Under the pieces are notes generated by a model. That model had not been told where the DNA came from, did not search any database, and saw nothing but the letters and a program-made list of their open reading frames with translations. From Paecilomyces variotii (lineage: Eukaryota): a stretch of DNA of 64,000 nt. The DNA is taken from assembly GCA_004022145.1 (NCBI GenBank), contig RCNU01000019.1; one strand, written 5' to 3'. Position 1 is the first letter of the stretch. Each line of letters begins with the position of its first letter. Shown here one piece after another: positions 39,891 to 51,312 of the stretch. Position numbers and translations under genes: made by a program.

Positions 39891-40892
39891 ATGGAGCCTC
39901 AGAGATCTGTTGACCCTGGACAGTTCAGCGCTACTCATGTTCCTGCTCCCCCCAAGGAATTGTCAAAGCAAGCAGCTGCACGCAGGAACTGCCGCGTGAC
40001 TTTCGAAGATTCCGAGTCCGGGAACTATATCAACTGCAAAGTTCGCCTCACTTTGGATCCTCAGAATCCTAACATAATACTCAGTGTTGGTCTTCAGACT
40101 GATGCTAGTCCCCGTGCACGGTTGACGTTCACCGTTGACAACAGCACCATCAAGATGGGGGTCGAAGCGCCCAACGACGCTCTTTGCGAAGCCATTCAGG
40201 AGACTCGCGAAAGGATCCCGCGGCTATTTGAGGGTATCGTCACTGCCTGGGTGTATCTAGTTGAGTTACGCGGTCCTCCTCTCCAGACCGGAGAGTACTG
40301 GAGACTCGAAAGTCAGGAAAGGGAGAGATGGGATGCGTTGTGTAGACGAGCAAGTCAATGCCGTCAAATGGTCATCTGCGAAAGATGGATGCCCACATAC
40401 AAATACACTCGGGATATCCATTCCTGGTTCACTACCGCGACATCAGCTATATCCGACCCGTCTCGTCCAGTCATTCCGCTGTCCAGATCGCCATTGCAAA
40501 CTGCTCCTGATAGACAGGCAGTTCACCTAGCGCCACTTGGAGCGTATAAGCGTGAAGAGCAAAGGCCCCCATTAGCTATGAAACGTTCTCGCAGTCGCTC
40601 TCCTGTTCTGGGTCGTGGGGTCTGGCCTCCGAGGTCCGAGCACGATCCTCGCAGCCATGGATCTCGTGGGGCGGGCTCGTTTTACCGCCGCCGTTCAAAC
40701 AGTCCTACTCGACGCCCCAGGGGTTATCGCGACCGTCCTGAGACTATCCGGCAAAGTGATGTGAATGACCAGGCATCGGGCTATGACTTAGAGAATGATG
40801 TATTGGAGAAGGAGAGAAATCTGGCCCTGATCGACCGACGGATCGCTGAAATTGAACTCGCAGCAGCAAGGAGGCGACTCGAAAGACGCTAA
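39891..40892 (+). CDS. Family member C: novel N-terminal domain + RS/coiled-coil tail, no helicase (333 aa)
   Basis: First ~180 aa are colinear with 30205 (CRVTF..YINCKVRLTLDPQNP..LTFTV..MGVE..PRLFEG..WRLE..SWF). Tail RRRSNSPT..GYRDR + coil ending ARRRLE. Confidence 0.85.
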   Translation: MEPQRSVDPGQFSATHVPAPPKELSKQAAARRNCRVTFEDSESGNYINCKVRLTLDPQNPNIILSVGLQTDASPRARLTFTVDNSTIKMGVEAPNDALCEAIQETRERIPRLFEGIVTAWVYLVELRGPPLQTGEYWRLESQERERWDALCRRASQCRQMVICERWMPTYKYTRDIHSWFTTATSAISDPSRPVIPLSRSPLQTAPDRQAVHLAPLGAYKREEQRPPLAMKRSRSRSPVLGRGVWPPRSEHDPRSHGSRGAGSFYRRRSNSPTRRPRGYRDRPETIRQSDVNDQASGYDLENDVLEKERNLALIDRRIAEIELAAARRRLERR

Positions 40893-41711
40893 GAGAGAGC
40901 ACGCGATTCGGTGGATGAAGATGGACAGTGGATGGGGTGAAAATGACCTTGGCTAGCTGCCACTGAATTATGGCTACGAGCTACGTATTGTCTTTTCTTT
41001 GACAGTTCAGGTCCACGATCCGCTTGTATTTGTCGCCGGTGAAAGCAGGCATGAAGAGAGCGATATATCCTTACAACGATAAAGTTAGAGACAAATGCTG
41101 GGTACATAGATCAAATGTAACAGTCGATAATAAGGGCTTAAGCTCAATTAATAATTCTTTTTAATATCAAAGGATAGCAATATTGCTTTCCTATAGTAAA
41201 CTTAGAAATTAGTATGACGCCTTCCTCATGTGGTGGCCGTGTAGTTGTCTACAGCTAAACGTTTTGCTGAAATTCTGCTTCCGTCATTGGCTATATTGTT
41301 CAACATATTGTACAAAAGATTGTATCTTTATCCGAATTTACAGGGTAGCTCATTAGAAGTAATACAGAATACGAGATAATAATATGCTTTGGGGGGCTAT
41401 TTGAAATTTTGAAATCATCAAGTGTACTACTGTTCATCTAATAGAAATCTTCATATAGTCAATTGATATTCTTCTATTTCTCTATGATTTTCTGCTATAA
41501 TATATGCAACATCCTGTCGAAATATAGAAGCAAAGATGAAGCTGAGCACGCGTCAAGGATAGGATCCTTCAGATTGCTTAAGTAACGGAATCTATCAAAA
41601 TCTATCTGCTACTCTTGCCCTGAGAACCGCAGAGAGTTCAAATACTACGCTCGTCATTGTCCAAGATGGTGCATTAACCTGCTATACGTCTCCTTGGTAG
41701 AACCAACAACC

Positions 41712-41825
41712 AAGGTGAGCCTGAGGAGGGCACCTCCCTCAAAAACACAAACACCAACCCCCCTTGTGAGCACCTGACGCACAAAGACCCCCCAGCTCCG
41801 TCCTTTTTATTTTATTTCTCTGCTT
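41712..41825 (+). repeat. Dispersed ~115-bp promoter-like repeat, copy 2
   Basis: Aligns by eye with 39315-39430. Confidence 0.85.
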
Positions 41826-42149
41826 TTTATTTCATCCTCTTCTCTCTCCCTCATCAACCACCGCTTCTTCCCTTGCCCACACTGGCTCTCTATCAGAGTC
41901 AGCGCATCTGATCCCTTTTGTCGACTCTTTCTAAGAGACCATTTGCACATTTTGCATGTTCCAGATTTCGTAAATATTTGACGTATCCGTGCTAATATTG
42001 AGCTACAGGGTCTACACATACTTTTCGTCCTGGTCCTATCTGAGGATCATAATTATCTCTTACACACAGGTGAGTTTCCGCATTTCCCCTACCTTGTTTG
42101 CTGACGGGCAGATCAGCAGGCCTTTTCATATCCTGGACTTCGTTGAAGA

Positions 42150-42360
42150 CCGGCGTTTTTTCTCAAATACCAAATACTTCACTTCCTAGTTCTACCTGGA
42201 AGCTGGACTGGACTTCACACACGATACTTCCTGGGTTCCGTTGGATACCCGGCGTTTTTTCAAATACCAAATACTTCGCTTCCTAGTTCTACCTAGAAGC
42301 TGGACTCGACTTCGCAGACGATACTTCCTGGGTTCCGTTGGATACCCGGCGTTTTTTAAA
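42150..42360. repeat. Tandem duplication, ~98-bp unit, 2 copies plus a partial third
   Basis: ccggcgtttttt..caaataccaaatacttc..cttcctagttctacct.gaagctggact..cgatacttcctgggttccgttggatac starts at 42150, 42249 and 42346. Confidence 0.92.
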
Positions 42361-43404
42361 AATACTTTTCGGCGTTCTACGAGAATGGGCGCTTACAACC
42401 ATAGCTCGCTGGTCGCCTTTGAAGGTCTCTATTTCTCTTCAGGTTAGTGTTCACTATCTTTCAATCCTTTCTCGTTTTCTGCCTTTCAGCGAAGACCGGT
42501 GTTCCCCCTTTTCTTTCTATCTTTATCACCACTACTATCATCATTATCTCCTCCTTCTTCTTCTCCTTCTTCTTCTTGCTCTCACCGGACTTATCCGCTT
42601 TATCTCTCCCGGTTCTCCAGTGAAGAAACAGGCAGAGCACGCGTGAGAAACAAAGTAAGCAAGCGTCAGTCCTCTCCAAGCTATATAACTTCAAATACTC
42701 ACAGATACTAGTCTCCCGCGATATGGAACCGTCGTCGGTAAGGCGCGCCCTCCTCAAAAGACACCTACTTCGAACCTGTTGACTAGGTGAAGATCCGTTT
42801 GTCAAATACAGGGGAGTGGGTATTCTAGTTTTCCTACCATCATGACCATCCATTGGAAATAACTACTGGATACTTATTACTCCACATCATTAGAAATTAT
42901 ATTAGTCTGCATTACTATGATAATCTTAGCTTCATCTTTCCGGCCCGTCCCTACTTTTTGTTCTGGTCGATTGCCGCTTTCTTCTATGCTAATCCTGTCT
43001 TGTATAATTCGAAGTCGATATCCGCCATCTAAGCCTTCTCTGTGACCCCCACATGTTTCTCTCCTGTTCAGAATCCGATATCAGCACTGTATAGTGAGCT
43101 TGAGGAGGGTATCAGAGTGACAATAACACGATAAAACTAGGAATCTGATGAACACGACGTTGATTTCTTCTGCTGCCCCCACAGATCGTCTATTCTTGAT
43201 GTTCCGCGAGGGAGGCGACACAGCAAGAGCCCAACATCAGGACCGAGACCAGGACCAGGATGAATCAAGGGTGGCGAAACGGGTAGTGTGAGAACATACC
43301 ATGAATAAATAATAAAAGACCCGGATCTCGACGATGTCGCTGAAGAAGGATAGGTTGTATCTGAGTGATCATACATACCCCTCGGTTTTACCCTTGTTTG
43401 TCCG

Positions 43405-43405
<1 letters not shown>

Positions 43406-43444
<39 letters not shown>
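43406..43444. repeat. Poly-T tract (~39 nt)
   Basis: Direct reading of the sequence. Confidence 0.95.
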
Positions 43445-43445
<1 letters not shown>

Positions 43446-44451
43446 GGTGGGAAGCCCGGTCAATACGCAGTCCTGCGATGAATGCAACGATGCCGGAATT
43501 CCCAAACGCAAGTGAAATGAGCCTCTCTTCCATCGAAATGTATTAACTATACGCAACCAGTAGGTACTTTCCAATACCCCTCTTTCTGATCGATTCACAG
43601 TTAGAGTTCCTGGTATATAAATCCCTCGTTATCTGTCTATATTCCTCTTTCCTTTCAACCCCCAACAGAATCCTACTGTCTAGAAAACCTGCCTCTCTCA
43701 TAATCCTCGATTGGTATTATACAATAAATGATAGTATTTCTTTCATATATATACCGCGTTTCAACGTCACACACCATCAGAGACAAACTCAGATCTGTAG
43801 CTACATATTGTTTATTAGATAGCTGTATAGCCCGGGCCGGAATGCTCCACAAAGACTGGTCAAGAAGCTGTATTTAAAACGATGTGCTGGGTGACTTTTG
43901 CCGATGGCTCATACTCATGCACAAATTGTTACATTCAATGCAATGTCCGATGGCTCTCGGACTGCCATATCCGAAGAACGGTTCTCAGTGTCGGCGGACT
44001 CCGGAAGTTCAGGTGCGTCTCCTTGCTCATCTGGTATTCAGTATTCAAAACGATACATCACCGAATGGTTTTGGCTGATGAGTTGTGTGTAGATTAAATT
44101 GAATGGATTCGACCATTTACCACGGCCATCTCGCTTTTGCTCGATCGGCTCGCCATGATAGCCAGATCTTTGCTGGCTTTGTTGACTCTAACTGAAAGTC
44201 TATATGTTTTCGAAACTTCCTTGCTTACGTTGCATAGCCGGCGACCTTTTATTTTAACATTTATGGCTTATTTTATATACCTTGTATAGCTGGCAACATT
44301 TTATTTCGAAATCTCCTGGCTTCCCTGTATAGCCGGTTTTTCTTTTTGAATACTAAACTTGGTAAAGACCTACTGTCGTCCACCAACAAAGTAAGAAAAG
44401 AGCCCTGTTTCCATGACCACATCCTTTACACAATACTCACACCCCTTTAGG

Positions 44452-47333
44452 ATGTCTAGTCAGAGCCTCCCCGGCCCTGAGTGGTTCGACGCTGCCCATG
44501 GATGCGACGCTCCAGCCGGACTAGGAAAAGAAGCTGCCGTGAAAAGGAGATGCCGAGTGGCTTTCTACGGAGACCCATGCACTGACTACGCTGCATGCCA
44601 AATCAGACTGATCTTGGACTCTCAAGATCCCCGAGTCATCTTAACCATGAGAGATACGAAGAGCTTCCCTTGCCCTCAGTTCATCTTCACCCTCGAGAAG
44701 TGCTTCATCAGCATGGGCATGGAAAAGGAGGGCGACGATCTCTTCCAAACCATCAAGGAACTCAGGGCAGAAAACCCTCACTGGTTTAAGGATTTTGAGA
44801 AAGTGACCCTCTGGGTCATCAAGAAGACCGCGGGCGAGGACCCAATAGAGACTGGCTTTAGCTGGAAACTCGACCAAAAGGCCCGAGAAGAGTGGTGCTC
44901 CCTGCGGGACCGGCTTCGTCAGTCTTCCTGTGTACTCATCTGGAAGAACTGGGCCGAAAACCACAAGGACCCTGAGCCTATTCAATCCTGGTTCAACGTC
45001 CTCCAATTGGAGAAGATAGCGGATCCTACAAAAGGGGGCATCTTCTGGGCCTACAACATCATAAATCAATTGCAGCCCGCTGACGGCTCTGACGAGATAC
45101 ACGTCGAATTACCCTGGCTTAAGGGTGCAAATGGGGAATATGCCAAGTGGAACCCGTCAGAGCCCTACTTTTGCAGCGAGACGGAGAGAAAATCGCGACT
45201 CATCGAGGGATCTCGAATTGAGCGAACGATCCAACATAGGGTGATTACGACCCTATTCTCTACCGCGAATCGCCATAAGTTCTGGGTCGAACGTCTTCCG
45301 GAATCAAAGCACTGCTTCGTCCACGTCAAGGTGCAGAACACTAGTGACGAGGAGCAGGTGCCAGTACCAGAGATCCGCCCGCCCACAAAGGCGAGGTTTA
45401 CTTTTGTCGAGAACCAGAGTATAGCAGAGATTACCAAGGCTAATCTCAGCTCTGGTCTCGTGGTTGATCGGCAGACTACCGCCGACTTTGTCCTGTTCGT
45501 GCCATTTCTCCCAGGGAAAAGCTATGAGGGATACTCAATTGTCGTGGTGATCAAGCCAGATCTTGAGGCCACTGATCGCCAAATACGCGCACTGCGGGAA
45601 GCTGGCAATATCCGGGTCCACGGTGACGCTGAACCTCGGCAAGGATACTCTCTCCAGAAGACGATCATGGGTCGTGGAGTAGAGTTTCATCCGGACGGCC
45701 CGGATTATTTCGAGCTCAGTGTCAACCAGATATCCAATGTGGAGCAATCTCTGCAGAAACAACGCCTGGCGTATATTCTGCAGAAATTCCCTTTAGACGA
45801 TATGCAGCGCGAGGTATTTAACCGGTCAATCAGCCGTATTTGTGCTGGAATCTATCTGATTTAAGACCCGCCTGGAACTGGAAAGACTCATACGGCCGTA
45901 CTGGTAGTCCTAGCGTTCGCATGCCTCAACGTCCGTGTGATGATCGCTGCTGGCTCCAACAAGGGAGTCGATAACTTGACAGGTGCTGTGACCAGAGCTC
46001 TCAAAAACGATGATAGGCTCCTGGGATGGTGCGGCCAATTGATTCGATTTCGATCTCTCGCGACCAATTGTCTGTCTTGCGAGCCAAGAGCGCCTCCTCT
46101 GCAGTTGTCAAAAGACAGTCTGACAAGTTGGGTCAAGATGAGGTGGATCTGCACGATGTCCAGATGAAATCGTTAGTCCTCAAGGAGGAACTGTTTCTGA
46201 TAAAAGTGGCAGATTCATGCAACTCCTCAAAACGGACCAGCCATCCCGGGTTAACGCAAGAGAGGACAAAGGAACTGAAGAATTGCCTTGAGCAGCTATA
46301 TCGTCCTAAACTTGAGAAAGCCAAGATAGTTGCAACGACGTTAAACAATGCCTCTCAAGATATTCTGTGGTTCCCAAGGGTGTTCGAACCTCAGATTCTT
46401 ATATACGGCAAATCAGGGCGAATCTCAAAAGAGACCATATAATCGCAATGATAATGCCCTCGATCAGAGTGGTCATTCTGCTTGGGGACCCAGAGCGGCT
46501 TCCTCCTGTTATAATCTCCCAAATGGAGCCAATGAGAGTGCTCTTTTCCTTAAGCGCTCCCTGATGGAGAGGCTGTACAAGACAGGGTACACTCTAATTA
46601 CCCTCACGACTGATTATAAGAGCCATCCTCAAATTCTGGACCAGTACAACTGTCAGGTATATAATAAGCAACTCCAAGCGACTCCACTAACTTGGCACTG
46701 GACCCAGTGGGTAACGCTTGGGATAAGTTTACTCAATTCTGTTATTACTTTCAGGAGCAGAACCTTGCAGGAGTTTCCAGTGTCTTCATCAGTGTGATCT
46801 CCCTGGCAAGACACTTCAGCAACAGCCGGCAGTGGAAGAATAATGCCCAGGCATATCTTGCAAGGGACCTCTTGAAAGAGCTCTACTCGTTCCGGTCAAG
46901 CAGTGAGGATCAGATCAAGCGAGCAGATATCATGATAATCAGCCCGCTTAAAGACCAGAACCATCTTATGGACTACGTGCTCAGCGAGTCGAACGTTGGT
47001 TGTCGTAACAATCTTACGGTGGATTCTTGCCAGGGCTCTGAGGCAAACCTTGTGATCTACCTGATGACCAGGCCATCGGATCATGAGGGAATGAGCACGG
47101 AGTTCCTGGTGGATAAGCAACGAATGAATGTTGCGTTAGACTGCGCGAGAAAGGTCCAGGTTATCGTCGGTAACTTTGACGTCTGGAACAGGATGTCGAT
47201 AAACATCGGTGAAAAATCGAAGAACGCTTTCCTGATGTCCCTGCTGCGCGATGTGTCGGCAAAGGGCCATACCTTGGGCTGGTATGGTGTGCCAACAGTC
47301 ACCGAGACAGATCGACAGCTATCACTCTCATGA
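44452..47333 (+). pseudogene. Family member D: full-length N-domain + complete SF1 helicase, disrupted
   Basis: Colinear with 30205 from MSSQSLPGPEWF. TAA at 45862-45864 just before Walker A (LI*DPPGTGKT), then frameshifts. Retains RecA2 motifs IMIISP, TVDSCQGSE and RMNVALDCAR. Confidence 0.88.
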
Positions 47334-47340
47334 CCATGAC

Positions 47341-47497
47341 CGTTGTGACAATCTTACGGTAGATTCCTGGCAGGGCTCTGAGGCGAATCTTGTCATCTAA
47401 ATACCCCATGACCAAGTAATCTGATAGTGCCGATTAGAACACGGGATTCCTCGTCCATAAGCAGCGGATGAACGTCGCAGTGAGCCGTGCAGAGCGC
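47341..47497 (+). pseudogene. Second, diverged fragment of SF1 helicase motifs V-VI
   Basis: Encodes NLTVDSWQGSEANLVI and KQRMNVAVSRA; paralogous to ~47005-47150. Confidence 0.85.
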
Positions 47498-47925
47498 TGA
47501 TTGGCCCCGCCCATTTCATACATGGGAATTGTCTAGGAGCTTTTCATCTTCATCGTCCAATTGTCGTTCACATGGTCGATTAGCTCTCATCCACTGGTCA
47601 GCAAATGTGGATGCCTATGATATTGAGTTAGTGCCAAAAAACATTCAGATAGAAAGAATGAGCATTGAAGTTCCTCGCTTTCTTATCCAATACTTTACTA
47701 ATTTCGATATTCTTCAGCACAAAAAGTTATAATTTATCATCTTTAGTCCTCTTTAAGCGTTGAGATCGGCCCAAAAGAAAACCCGATCAATGCATTCTCG
47801 ACACCCCAGAGCATGCTTCAGCTAGTCGAAGCCCACCTCCTCACACTGCGCGAGACGCTGCGTGGATGGCATGAACAAGAAGATGAATGTTGAGATAGTT
47901 TAGCAGTCCTCATTGTTCCTATGGG

Positions 47926-48668
47926 CCTGAAGTATTGGACAAAAAAGCTTCAAACCGGAGGCCCTGCCGTGTGCCCGTCCCTCGTTCTTAAAGCGATTGC
48001 TACATCGAGTGCAACGTCCGCCTAATCTTGGGGTTTTCCAGAATGCAAGAATACTCCTTAACATCCTTATGCTCAATTGACCTTCAACATCGAAAACTGC
48101 ACCTTCAACATGGGAGTTGAGGACCCGAACGACCTCTTTACAAGGCTATCACAGAAAATCGCGGGAATGCGCTACACCTATACAAGAACTTCGTCACCAC
48201 GTCTATCTATATCTTTGAGCGACACAGCCTCTACTCAAGACCAGATATGAATCGGGAGTGCCTCGATACCATGTTTTACGCGGACCGCTACGGTAGTCTC
48301 GCCCAAGAGGCCGTTCGTTCGTCTACCGCCAAACAGGGCTTACAGGTGTCGCGAGCGAGCCGTTCAGCGGCTAGCACTCGGTCTCCTAGTCCTTCCGGTA
48401 CAGTGGACTATAAATCTCGCGCCCGGAGCCCATGGCGGTCATCCTCGTTCTCGCAGTCCCCTTCCTTCCGTCGACCGTTATAGCTCCTATTCCAGGGGGT
48501 CTGAACGGAAGACTCTGGGAGACGGCCGGCTCTACTTATGAACTGCGGACAGGGATGCTTGAGTCACAGAGAAGGCATACTATGGCGATAACGAGGACTG
48601 AGGACTTGACATACCAGTTACTGCGAGAAGAACTAGAATTTGCCGGAACGGAGCAGGAGAAGCTGTGA
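47926..48668 (+). pseudogene. Family member E: degenerate N-domain + tail copy
   Basis: Frameshifted pieces PEVLDKKASNRRPCRV, DCYIECNVRLIL and QLTFNIENCTFNMGVEDPND match the family N-domain. Followed by TRSPSPSGTVDYKSR and a helical tail. Confidence 0.78.
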
Positions 48669-49935
48669 CAGGAACAGACCGGAAAGACGTAGATAAGGTG
48701 GTCATATTAATAGACCAGTCTACATTTACCATTCTGTCGGCACAAAAAGACGTGTGCAGGTCATCTATCATATAATCCATTTACAGCAGGTTCTTGAAAC
48801 AAGGAAGAATCAACTGATGCGAACCTTCACATTCGGTATGTCCAATCAGTGTTCCACTCGGGGAGCTTGTTGGTTGAAATTCGGCGTCCAAACTGCAACG
48901 CTCCCATTTCATGACGGCGAGAATACTTATCGAAATGAAATAATGGCGTCAAATGGATCGGGATGGTTTTTGGGGGAGGCTCTATGGTCTCGTTTCGAAT
49001 TCCTTCACGATACCGGTACATCGGTTCCCACTGTCTCGTATCAAGATATGACCCTCTGTGGAATCCATTATACTTATCGACACTGGGGTATATTGGAGAT
49101 TCTTTACTCAGTCCATTGAGATCTTCTAGAACTGTGTATTCGCCATCTCGAGTCTTCTTGGGACTCAGCTCCTTATTTTATATTTTTAGACGCTTTCGGG
49201 ACCATCTAACATACAGTAGGCCCGCGCTCGATCTGATGCTGCTCAAGGTAGAGTAATCAAATTACTCTTCTACGGCGCCTTGCACGGTTATATGCAGACT
49301 GCACCGACATATGGGCCCCAATGCCTGACCTGAAAGTCCGAGACGGGTATGGCACTGGGCCAGCCCGTAGCCGTTACAAACTGTCCGAAGACCAGATTTC
49401 TCCGTGGACAGACTTTCTGGTTGAAATAAAACGGCATACAAGTCGATATTACAGAAACTCTAGAAACCCCTGTCCCATCACCCGGTCTGAATGCTACGTA
49501 CCGTTTAACTAGCTCCCAACCTCGGTCTATAAACCTCACTTTATTTTGACCATCTTCACCTTGACCATTACCGGTCCTCCATTTGTCTGTCTTCGATATC
49601 AATGCGGTTGTTGGATCAAGGCTTTAATTATCATTATCTGGAGTCCTCTACAGTCTCTAAATCGTACTGTATATTCGCACCGTGACTTGGTACGTATCTT
49701 AAGCGAGTCGCCTTTCTTAAATCTTAGCTTCCTACCGAACCTTTAGACCATCCTTACTCGATCTATTCCTATTTATATTGTCTTCTTCGACGCATTCCAC
49801 CCGTGTCATAATGAGGACAAGGGATTCTAAGAACTGAGAGGATGGGATGTCTTTTTTTATTAATTTGTGCAGTCTCCACTGAGCGGAGGTACTGCAATTT
49901 CATTACAACGGCCCACCCCCTCCCGCACGGCAACT

Positions 49936-50975
49936 ATGTCTGGTAAGTCTTCTCTTAGTTACGGTTGTGGTGTTGCTGCTGACGTCCTAGGAGAACGTGA
50001 TCCTGTTACTCCTGTCAAGCGCGAGCCCGTCCCTCCTGCTGGGTCTCCCGACAGTAAGTAGAGCTTCCTGTAAGTTGGGATACTGCTGACTCTATATTGT
50101 CCAGATCCTGTCGTTATTCACGATGAATCCCCTTCTGCGGAGCCCGCCTCCCAGTCCCGACTGCTGTGAACTTCCTTACCATGTACGCAAGAATGCGATA
50201 TTCGGTGGTGCCCCTAGTCGTGCAAGGGTTACAACCCTCGCATCACCGAACCAGCTACAACATCTTCATTTCGACGAAGATGGCTTTTTGACTAAAAGGT
50301 TCCTGGAGAGTTTCCGTTCTTTCTCGGAGAGATACCAGGATAGACAAGGTTGCTGCAGCGTACCGATATCACTTTGTCGAGGGACCTCAGTTGCTGAATG
50401 CACTTCATTTCGATCAAAAGCACAGTTTCTTCCAACAAGCAATCCAGTTAGATCCTCTCGTGTATCTACTGAATGTTTGTGTCCGACCGGATCATTCCTG
50501 GCAGTTGATTTCTTTTCCTCGCCCTGCTTTACACACTGAACCTAGTACTGACAAGACCGTTCTGCTGTTTCCGCAAACCTGGAATGCTATCTAATTTCTC
50601 AGCCGAGCGCGCTCTACAGCGGCTGAAAATGCCAACCAAGGGGGCCAACTTCTAGGTTACTGGCTAACATCCGACAACCGAGCTCATGAGTACGGATATA
50701 CTAAAGTCAATCTGCGAAATATATATTACCCGGATAACCGCACTGAGAAGATTAATGTACAGCCGTTTCGCTATCAGCTAGCTGTTGTTGCCTCCGGTTA
50801 TGGTCAAAATTTGCTGTTAACTTCCGACCAGAACGCAACACATGAGATGTCACACCTGTGCCATAACCACGGGTGTTTTAACCCTCATCATGTATGTGTT
50901 GAGCCTCTCGAGATAAATCGTAAGCGCGGGGGTTGTGTGGGTGCGTGGGTTATAAAAGCGGCCGATGGATCAAGT
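49936..50975 (+). pseudogene. His-Cys-box (zinc-binding loop of homing endonuclease, His-Me finger) gene relic
   Basis: Frame from ~50650 reads GYW..GYTKVNLRN..QPFRYQLAVVA..HEMSHLCHNHGCFNPHHVCVE..IN..R..C, the SHLCHN-C-NP-H signature. Upstream small exons from ATG 49936 contain stops. Confidence 0.8.
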
Positions 50976-51029
50976 CTCGCAAGACGCAGCTGGAATGCTG
51001 TCTTGTCCGGACCCGAAATGGCCGGCAAA

Positions 51030-51312
51030 CCCTGCCGGACTCTTCGATACTTTTGTCGTTGACGAAGCCCATATCATACGCAATGTGAGCTCAAGCACTA
51101 GCCAAACCGTCATGTGGCTCATGCCAAAGTTTTATCTCCTTCCAACCGCCACCCCTTTTTACAACTCTGTGAACGATTTCTTTACGCTGGTTCGCTTCAT
51201 TAGTCCTGTTAAGGACTATTACAACAAGACACACCTGAGTGGGGAGACACTGCTGAGAGCGTTTGATGAGGAACGAGACAATGATCTACTTGCCGAATGG
51301 GATTCCTTTTAG
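51030..51312 (+). pseudogene. SNF2-family helicase fragment (motifs II-III)
   Basis: FDTFVVDEAHIIRN..LLPTATPFYNSVNDF; no Walker A seen upstream. Confidence 0.75.

Noticed and set aside
43406-43444. Poly-A tail of a retroposed element on the minus strand
   Set aside because: No TSD or LINE/SINE body identified; treated as a simple homopolymer.
49321-49512. Short ORF with PWTDFLVEIK resembling the N-terminus of an accessory fungal family
   Set aside because: Too short to assign without a search.
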